Origin: a virus
Strand: one strand, 5' to 3'
IMG/VR virus record: IMGVR_UViG_3300004241_000002
Length of the DNA: 64,000 nucleotides
Below the pieces are notes generated by a model, which was not told the origin of the DNA, ran no database searches, and saw only the letters and a program-made list of their open reading frames with translations. Positions within the stretch are counted from its first letter, which is position 1, and every line of letters starts with the position of its first letter. The position numbers and the translations under genes were made by a program. This document shows positions 57,988 to 64,000 of the stretch, piece after piece.

Positions 57988-58250
57988 TGTAACAAAACAC
58001 TTTTAAACAAAACCCATAGTACATTTACAACTATACTTAATAGAGCGGCTCCACCGGCAGCAGTCCATATAATTTTATCTATTTTATTTTGAAGTTTTTC
58101 TAGTCGAGATTCTAATTCAGTCGTACGACATACTAGACCAGCTCCAGGATTATATTCATTGCCAAGTAATGCAACTTTAATCTCTGCTATATCTTTTTGC
58201 AATAGGGACAATATTTCATCTGGTATATTACACATTACTTTGCGCTCCAT
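57984..58250 (-). CDS. small protein with C-terminal TM segment (holin/spanin-like)
   Basis: Coiled N-terminal part, then AAGGAALLSIVVNVLWVLF. Overlaps the endolysin start by 4 nt. Confidence 0.5.
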   Translation of the reverse strand: MERKVMCNIPDEILSLLQKDIAEIKVALLGNEYNPGAGLVCRTTELESRLEKLQNKIDKIIWTAAGGAALLSIVVNVLWVLFKSVLLQ

Positions 58251-58259
58251 GTTTAAATT

Positions 58260-58826
58260 CTATTTAGTGTGGTTAGGAATATCTATAATTTCAATTAATT
58301 GAAACTTAGGATCATTAATACATAACTTGTACAATTCATTAGGATTCATTTCCCATGGTGTTTGTACTAGGTTTGGATATATCTTATTTAAAGCCATTGC
58401 TGCATACTCAATACAATATACACGCTTTTCTGACCTTATACCAGTCTTACCAAACCATTTATGAAATAATATATCTAAGGTATGCCAAAAGAAATTAGAT
58501 ACTTCATATCTTTTATCATCAGAGTCAAGACAAAAATTCCTTACTATTTCTTTCTTACCCCTGGGCATTTTAATTTTAAATAAATATAGTTGTCTCTTCT
58601 TACCATCATTTAGATAAGATGTATTTACAGTTCTATTGGCAACACCGCCCTTAATAGCACCGGAGACCATGCCATCTATTAATATATCTGCATGATTTAA
58701 ATCAACATATTTTTCTCTTTTAAGAAGCTGCTCTAATCTCATGCCAAACCGTATAATCTTGGCTAACCAATTATGCGATTTAACCATTATAATATAAGTA
58801 CCTTTCTTAGGTAATAATTTTTCCAT
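58260..58826 (-). CDS. hypothetical protein, possible permuted papain-like (NlpC/P60-type) amidase
   Basis: NHADILIDG upstream of VYCIEYAAM gives a His-then-Cys order, as in permuted NlpC/P60 enzymes. This is a weak call. Confidence 0.4.
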   Translation of the reverse strand: MEKLLPKKGTYIIMVKSHNWLAKIIRFGMRLEQLLKREKYVDLNHADILIDGMVSGAIKGGVANRTVNTSYLNDGKKRQLYLFKIKMPRGKKEIVRNFCLDSDDKRYEVSNFFWHTLDILFHKWFGKTGIRSEKRVYCIEYAAMALNKIYPNLVQTPWEMNPNELYKLCINDPKFQLIEIIDIPNHTK

Positions 58827-58827
58827 T

Positions 58828-59163
58828 TTATCTATTAATTAAAACTGTTATAAAACCAGGAAGATTAACGCCAAAATAGTATAAACTTACAGCATATGCA
58901 AATAAGGCAGTAAACCCACCCGCCACTGTACACATCCAATCTGCATTAACTATATTTACAAATTTCATAGCTAACTTATCTCGCTTAGCATCGTTATATT
59001 CTTTAATAGTACTTACTACAACAGTAGGAACAATCATAAAATAACCTGCTCCTTGAAACAAAGATGCTATTAAGTAACCAACTAGGAAATGTAATATCTT
59101 GTCATAATAAGTAAACCAAATATTGTTTATCCTATTCTTTATTTTAGTCAGAATCTTTTTCAT
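58828..59163 (-). CDS. multi-TM small membrane protein (holin-like)
   Basis: Hydrophobic segments ILHFLVGYLIASLF, YFMIVPTVVVSTI and CTVAGGFTALFAYAVSLYYF. Confidence 0.5.
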   Translation of the reverse strand: MKKILTKIKNRINNIWFTYYDKILHFLVGYLIASLFQGAGYFMIVPTVVVSTIKEYNDAKRDKLAMKFVNIVNADWMCTVAGGFTALFAYAVSLYYFGVNLPGFITVLINR

Positions 59164-59371
59164 TTGCTGCAGTATTTGTATTGCGAATTATATCTTTACC
59201 AAAGTAAAATGCAAATACTCCAGCTATTATAGCTTGATACGTGCCAGGTAATTCATCAAAGTTATTGGTAACTAAATAACCCAATGCTGCTGTCATAAAA
59301 CAAATTACAGCGCCAGCGGTCATTAACTTACGCCAAGATAAATTATTTCCGTAACCCTTTAATATTTTCAT
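59144..59371 (-). CDS. two-TM small membrane protein (holin-like)
   Basis: LMTAGAVICFMTAALGYLV and AIIAGVFAFYFG, with a charged C-terminus. Confidence 0.5.
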   Translation of the reverse strand: MKILKGYGNNLSWRKLMTAGAVICFMTAALGYLVTNNFDELPGTYQAIIAGVFAFYFGKDIIRNTNTAANEKDSD

Positions 59372-59375
59372 GTCT

Positions 59376-59657
59376 TTATATTTTTAAATAAATAAATGTT
59401 TTACAAATACTATTTATTCGTTCCATTATATCTTTGGCTTGCTCTACAGTAAAGAAATTATTACTTTCATAGTCATCGCAATCAAAATATTTTTCTAACA
59501 TTCTGACATAATAACCAAGTAATATTAACTTGATCATTTCTATTTTTAATTCATGTCTACCAAGTCTATGCATCTTTGCAATTTTCTGACCATAATCAGA
59601 CTGAGCGTCTGACGCATCTACTAAATAAGTTACAATTTCTTCATACGTTGCTGCCAT
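59376..59657 (-). CDS. hypothetical protein (93 aa)
   Basis: ORF only. Confidence 0.45.
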   Translation of the reverse strand: MAATYEEIVTYLVDASDAQSDYGQKIAKMHRLGRHELKIEMIKLILLGYYVRMLEKYFDCDDYESNNFFTVEQAKDIMERINSICKTFIYLKI

Positions 59658-59660
59658 GTT

Positions 59661-60173
59661 TTATCTCTTTGTTAATGTTACATGTATATCATTAATAACA
59701 TTGGTATAATGTTTAATAGCAAAGTTACGAGATTCTTCATTCTTCATAGCCCACTCATTAACAATATCATAACCATATTCAAAATCAAAATCAGATACTA
59801 TACCATAATGATCTAACTTATTAGTATCACGCCATCCTTTATTAAAATATAAAAAAGTAGCTTCTGATATAGCACGTTTGTGAGTAGGATCTTGCCATGC
59901 TCTCATATTATTATAATAAGGCGCTATAACTTTAATCCTCCCACCAGGTTTAAGTATACGATATACTTCGTCCATAAATTTAATCAAATCACTAGTATGT
60001 TCTACATAATGAGAACATATAATTTCTTCTGCACTTTCAGATTCAATATCCCAAGGGAATTGTTCTAAATCCATAGTTGCATCCACTGTATCTCCAGGTT
60101 TAATATCTATACCGAAATACCCATCAATTTTCGACTGGCCGCATGCCAGGTTAAGTTTAAGTTCGTTTATCAT
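59661..60173 (-). CDS. class I SAM-dependent methyltransferase
   Basis: LNLACGQ (motif I), acidic DATMDL, ICSHYVEH and YRILKPGGRIKV. Confidence 0.65.
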   Translation of the reverse strand: MINELKLNLACGQSKIDGYFGIDIKPGDTVDATMDLEQFPWDIESESAEEIICSHYVEHTSDLIKFMDEVYRILKPGGRIKVIAPYYNNMRAWQDPTHKRAISEATFLYFNKGWRDTNKLDHYGIVSDFDFEYGYDIVNEWAMKNEESRNFAIKHYTNVINDIHVTLTKR

Positions 60174-60183
60174 ATTTATTTAA

Positions 60184-60915
60184 TTATACATTATTCCAAT
60201 CATTACTATAAGCACATAAAGCTCCTGTTGTTAGTCCTGCCCATGCAGCGTTATCGGTCACTTCGGGGATAGGTGAGCCGTCACGGTAAAGGGTTTCACA
60301 AAGGTTGTCGGCGAGCCATTCCTGGATGCCTATACAAATAGTCCGATAAACCTTGCCATCATTGCCTGTGTACTTAGCCGATTGTCCATGAGAAAGGGTG
60401 GTGGAGTCTTTGACAGGACGGACAGACATTCCAAATGCAGTTTCTATTTCTGGCGTTCCCGATCCTCCTATTTGACCCATTTCACCATCACTGAGATTTA
60501 AATATAATCCATTTGGAGTCCATATATCTGCAAAATAATCATCAGAACTGTGAAACCAGTTAGTTGATTTCAATGCTACACTAAAATCACCAAGATGATC
60601 TCTATATGCCGCACCTCTGGCATTAAATTGTAGTGAGTTTGTTGCTCCTATATTTAACGTCCAATAAGTAGTCCCTACTTCCTTTAATTCATTCCCGCCA
60701 GAAACCCATTCACCAACAGTTTCCGCCACAAGATTTAAAAAATCGGCATTAGTGGCAACGTGCCATCCTGCAGCACAAATATTACGTGCATCAGTAGCTG
60801 CATACCAGTTATATAGTAAACCATAGGATACTAAAAATATCCCACTAAAGTTTGTACCAAAATCAGGTTGAGTTGAAACAGACATACTACCACATTTTAT
60901 CCGCATTGAAATCAT
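60184..60915 (-). CDS. standalone FISUMP lectin-like domain protein, paralog of the insert in the 1719-aa protein
   Basis: YGLLYNWYAA, AGWHVATNADFLNL, SVRPVKD, DGKVYRTICIGIQEWLADNL, and it ends NDWNNV. The likely start is ATG 60885, directly after the upstream stop. Confidence 0.7.
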   Translation of the reverse strand: MISMRIKCGSMSVSTQPDFGTNFSGIFLVSYGLLYNWYAATDARNICAAGWHVATNADFLNLVAETVGEWVSGGNELKEVGTTYWTLNIGATNSLQFNARGAAYRDHLGDFSVALKSTNWFHSSDDYFADIWTPNGLYLNLSDGEMGQIGGSGTPEIETAFGMSVRPVKDSTTLSHGQSAKYTGNDGKVYRTICIGIQEWLADNLCETLYRDGSPIPEVTDNAAWAGLTTGALCAYSNDWNNV

Positions 60916-61609
60916 AGTGCCCTACTAAGACTCTAGTATCACATGCAAATTTATAACCAGCCTTAGCTGCGTTCTCATAAAAATATAAATCCTGAGTATA
61001 AGCTCTTGCTCCTTGACCAGGTATAACTTCTTGTACTGTCTTAAACCATGGTTTAGGTACATTAGGATCTTTAAATATATCTAATTTAAATAAGTTAAAC
61101 CCCATACCTAACCCATTTGCTTGTTGTATTGTGTTTGGTATTGGCATCTGAGGTATAAAGTTTTTAGGCATTACCTTAGGATCACCATATATCATTGGTT
61201 GTCCGCCTTCGCCCTTTGTCCAATATAAACCTTGAACAACATCATACTTGTCTATATTTTCATATAACTTAAGTAGACCATCTGCGGGAGGACAATTATC
61301 TTCTTCAATTGTAAGTACATATTTCCATTGTGATAGTTCAGGATTATCTAATATACTCTGAATCATATTATTATAGGACTCGCCAACTTCCATACCTATA
61401 CCAAATATAGGACCAATAACCTTTTGATTCATAGGTCTCATAAGACCCATCCAGTACTGAACAACCTTCGCGGGTATTTGACCACGAGTAGGACATATAA
61501 TTATAGTTGATAAATCTTTATATGTACCAGATTGTTTTAATCGGCTAATTGACTCTTCTAAATCTTTATTATGTTGCCCAACTTCAGGCATTGCTATTTG
61601 TGGAACCAT
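60887..61609 (-). CDS. putative GT-A fold glycosyltransferase
   Basis: TIIICPTRG N-terminal strand and KYVLTIEEDNCPPADGLLKL (DxD-like EED), followed by YDVVQGLY. From-memory resemblance to GT2-like enzymes. Confidence 0.4.
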   Translation of the reverse strand: MVPQIAMPEVGQHNKDLEESISRLKQSGTYKDLSTIIICPTRGQIPAKVVQYWMGLMRPMNQKVIGPIFGIGMEVGESYNNMIQSILDNPELSQWKYVLTIEEDNCPPADGLLKLYENIDKYDVVQGLYWTKGEGGQPMIYGDPKVMPKNFIPQMPIPNTIQQANGLGMGFNLFKLDIFKDPNVPKPWFKTVQEVIPGQGARAYTQDLYFYENAAKAGYKFACDTRVLVGHYDFNADKMW

Positions 61610-61675
61610 ATAATCTTTTTATTTTATATACGATGTATAAATATAAATATTACATTGTTGTTTAAAAAAGATAAC

Positions 61676-64000
61676 CTACAATATCTGATATTTACTTAAT
61701 AAAGGATACCTATATAAATCCATCTCATCTTCTGTACCATCAAATGGATATGTTAATCCATTGCCATCATTATAAAGTTCAATTACTTCTTCTTCTGTTA
61801 ATGCCCTATGCCAGATCCCTATTTCATCAAGCATAGCATTAGCCTGAATAACTGAAACGACTGTGTTTGTATTACCAACGTATAAATTACTATCAGCCTG
61901 TAAAACAATATCTATTTGATTTGTATAACTTATATATTGTGTAGTATTTACATACATATTAGCTCGTTGACCAATACCATTTGCTACACATACTACATGA
62001 TACCATGTATTAACTGCAACTGCAGACGTAGCCTGTGTTTCACAATATCCACCATCGTTAGTTTTAAAATAAAAATTAAATTTATCGTTACTACCCCTAT
62101 AATAAATTGACAAAAAGTATGGAGTCACACCAGAATGTTGCCAGAAAAATATTTGTTGATTTATATTTTCTCCAATTGGTAACGCAACAAATTTTATCCA
62201 AAAAGATAAAGAAAATACATCTGCTGGTGGAAGTAAAGAACTTCTATAACTAGAAGCAACATGACAAGTATAAGGTGTTGCTGAATATTCTATAGCATAT
62301 CCTTTTTTACCTTGCATTAAATAATCTGGAAAATCTACTGTTGTATCAAAATCATATGCATTAATAATATCTACAGGTGGTGTATTGTTATCGTTCATTT
62401 TATAGAAAGCAACAAGATTATCTGTTAATAACACTGGATCTTTTACTTCTAAAGTATCAAACTCTACTACAGAACCATATCCTGTACCAACAGAGTTTGT
62501 AGCATAAGCTCTAACATAATAATGAGTAGTATGAATTAAATTTGTAAGATAACTTATAAATGTACCAGTCCCTGTACCATCAATTGTACAAGAACTTGCT
62601 ACAGTTGGATTACCTGTAGTATTCCAACATACACCCCTTGCTGTAACAGTTGCATTGCCGTTAGATAATACATTACCACCAGAAGTTGCTGTTACGGCTT
62701 GTATATCTTTTACAACATCTGTAGTTACAGTTGGTGGAACTATTAACTCGTTTGTTTCAAAAGAAACTTCGTTGCCATAAGAAGTACCTTCTAAGTTTGT
62801 AGCATATGCACGTACATAATAAATTGTATCTGGAGTTAATCCAGTAAGACTACTTGTATAAGAACCTGTACCTGTGCCATTAGATGTTGTACTATTAGCT
62901 GTTGTAGGCGTACCTGTAGTATTCCAACAGACACCTCGTGAAGTCACTGTTGCACCACCATCGTCTGTTACATTACCGCCAGATGAAGCAGTAGTAGTTG
63001 TTATTGCTGTTACAGTAGTTGTTGTTACTGTAGGACGAACAATATAATATGGATATTCAAATGCTCCAAGAGAAGGTGTTGTAGAATGCCAGGGACTACC
63101 ATCGCCATCTAATTCTATACCAACATCTATACCTGTATTAATAAGATCAGATCCTTCCGCAAGATGTAAAAAATCAAGTATTGGTAAAGACCCATCTGCT
63201 TGTCTTGCTGTATCTAACAGACTAGAATCAAGCGATAAGAAGTCTATATTACTAACACTATAATTTGTATTGGTTGTATTGTTGTAATTTTTTGTATTGT
63301 GATCTACTGTTGAAGACGAATTAAAGAAAAAATAATTATTTGTTCCATAAGATATATTGTTTCTAACTATATCTATTGGATTGATTATATAATTATTGTT
63401 AAATGCAAAACCACCATTAAGATTGTTATATGCAATATTATTATATATCCACCTTATGCAACATGTGGCATTCTCATGAAATCCCCATGACCTATTAAAA
63501 GCCGCTATACAATTCTGAAGTGTTCTTAGGTGTTGGTTATACTCATGCTGATCACTTTCCCATAATGTTCTTATGGGTCCGAACTTAATACCGTTACCAT
63601 CACCGCCTGCAGTAATGCCATCTTCACGATAACCATTATGCCATGCCCAGCAGGAATCCCATTCTAGCATTCCTTCATTGCCCCATCCATCAAAGCCATC
63701 GTCACTATTATCCCACATCCTACAACCACGAATAGTATTTGTTGTTCCTGCAGTAAGATCTATTCTTACTGTTATACCATCTATACCTCCATATTCATAT
63801 CCTATTGTAAATGGATCATAATTATGATGTGCGTCACAATTAAGAAGTAGGTTTCCTGTTCCCTTAGTGTCACCAGATAATCCTATCCCAAATCCTCCAT
63901 GATGACAGTTAAGTAACTCTAATATGCAATTATCAGAATCATATAATTGGAATGACGTTGTTCCTTCCCAACCTGAACCATCATAATATGAACAATATTT
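61676..64000 (-). CDS. tail fibre/depolymerase-like protein: beta-helix, two tandem 100-aa repeats, and a LamG-like C-terminal domain; 5' end outside window
   Basis: The frame stays open from the listed ATG (63718) to nt 64000 (..NCHHGGFGIGLSGDTKGTGNLLLNCDAHHNYDP..). Repeats at residues 229-322 and 329-422. The C-terminal segment LVAFYKMNDN...LDEIGIWHRALTEEEV is typical of concanavalin/LamG domains. Confidence 0.75.
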   Translation of the reverse strand, partial: KYCSYYDGSGWEGTTSFQLYDSDNCILELLNCHHGGFGIGLSGDTKGTGNLLLNCDAHHNYDPFTIGYEYGGIDGITVRIDLTAGTTNTIRGCRMWDNSDDGFDGWGNEGMLEWDSCWAWHNGYREDGITAGGDGNGIKFGPIRTLWESDQHEYNQHLRTLQNCIAAFNRSWGFHENATCCIRWIYNNIAYNNLNGGFAFNNNYIINPIDIVRNNISYGTNNYFFFNSSSTVDHNTKNYNNTTNTNYSVSNIDFLSLDSSLLDTARQADGSLPILDFLHLAEGSDLINTGIDVGIELDGDGSPWHSTTPSLGAFEYPYYIVRPTVTTTTVTAITTTTASSGGNVTDDGGATVTSRGVCWNTTGTPTTANSTTSNGTGTGSYTSSLTGLTPDTIYYVRAYATNLEGTSYGNEVSFETNELIVPPTVTTDVVKDIQAVTATSGGNVLSNGNATVTARGVCWNTTGNPTVASSCTIDGTGTGTFISYLTNLIHTTHYYVRAYATNSVGTGYGSVVEFDTLEVKDPVLLTDNLVAFYKMNDNNTPPVDIINAYDFDTTVDFPDYLMQGKKGYAIEYSATPYTCHVASSYRSSLLPPADVFSLSFWIKFVALPIGENINQQIFFWQHSGVTPYFLSIYYRGSNDKFNFYFKTNDGGYCETQATSAVAVNTWYHVVCVANGIGQRANMYVNTTQYISYTNQIDIVLQADSNLYVGNTNTVVSVIQANAMLDEIGIWHRALTEEEVIELYNDGNGLTYPFDGTEDEMDLYRYPLLSKYQIL
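62453..63034 (-). repeat. tandem duplication of a 100-aa domain
   Basis: PTVTT..SGGNV..ATVT.RGVCWNTTG.PT..GTGTG....LT.L...T.YYVRAYATN..GT.YG..V.F.T occurs twice, exactly 100 residues apart. Confidence 0.8.

Noticed and set aside
60184-60480. Diversity-generating retroelement variable region at the C-terminus of the lectin-like FISUMP protein
   Set aside because: No reverse transcriptase gene and no near-identical template repeat exist in this window. The paralogous segment at 50012-50300 is too diverged, and the differences are not confined to adenines. Horizontal transfer explains the composition shift more simply. The idea is still worth checking against the rest of the genome.
23564-64000. 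Stop-codon reassignment (TAG or TGA recoding) in late genes, as known for some crAss-like lineages
   Set aside because: The 3984-, 2297- and 1719-codon ORFs are uninterrupted in the standard code, and all three stop codons appear at sensible gene ends. There is no sign of recoding or of suppressor tRNAs in this window.
1-64000. CRISPR arrays, integrase or lysogeny genes, transposases, bacterial flanking genes
   Set aside because: I saw no regularly spaced direct repeats, no tyrosine or serine recombinase motifs, and no IS-like inverted repeats. The whole window reads as phage.

Overview
The window is an AT-rich, densely coding dsDNA phage segment with two convergent gene blocks, and I read it as a crAss-like (Crassvirales-type) phage of a Bacteroidota host. 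That call comes from motifs I recognise, not from a database search.

The plus-strand block (1-23516) is a replication, nucleotide-metabolism and recombination module. It carries a class II-like ribonucleotide reductase, a metallophosphoesterase, family B DNA polymerase, a DnaB-like helicase, a Sak4-like ATPase and an SSB-like protein. It also carries a DnaG-like primase, dUTPase, a T7 endonuclease I-like resolvase, a PD-(D/E)XK exonuclease and a classical AAA ATPase, plus a secreted M23 peptidase and many orphan genes.

The minus-strand block (23564-64000) is a late or virion module:
- tail-fibre-like proteins, including a beta-helix/LamG protein, two FISUMP lectin-like paralogs, a collagen-like fibre and an HxH-repeat fibre
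- a methyltransferase and a glycosyltransferase-like gene
- a lysis cassette
- two giant ORFs of 3984 and about 2294 codons; the larger one carries the DFDID motif typical of the crAss-type virion RNA polymerase

The main anomalies:
- a 1.35-kb ORF-free, hairpin-rich region with G+C islands (1103-2448), a candidate large structured RNA
- a host-like G+C patch inside the standalone FISUMP gene
- zincin and nucleotidyltransferase-like signatures inside the giant proteins

I found no convincing tRNA, CRISPR array, integrase or stop-codon recoding.
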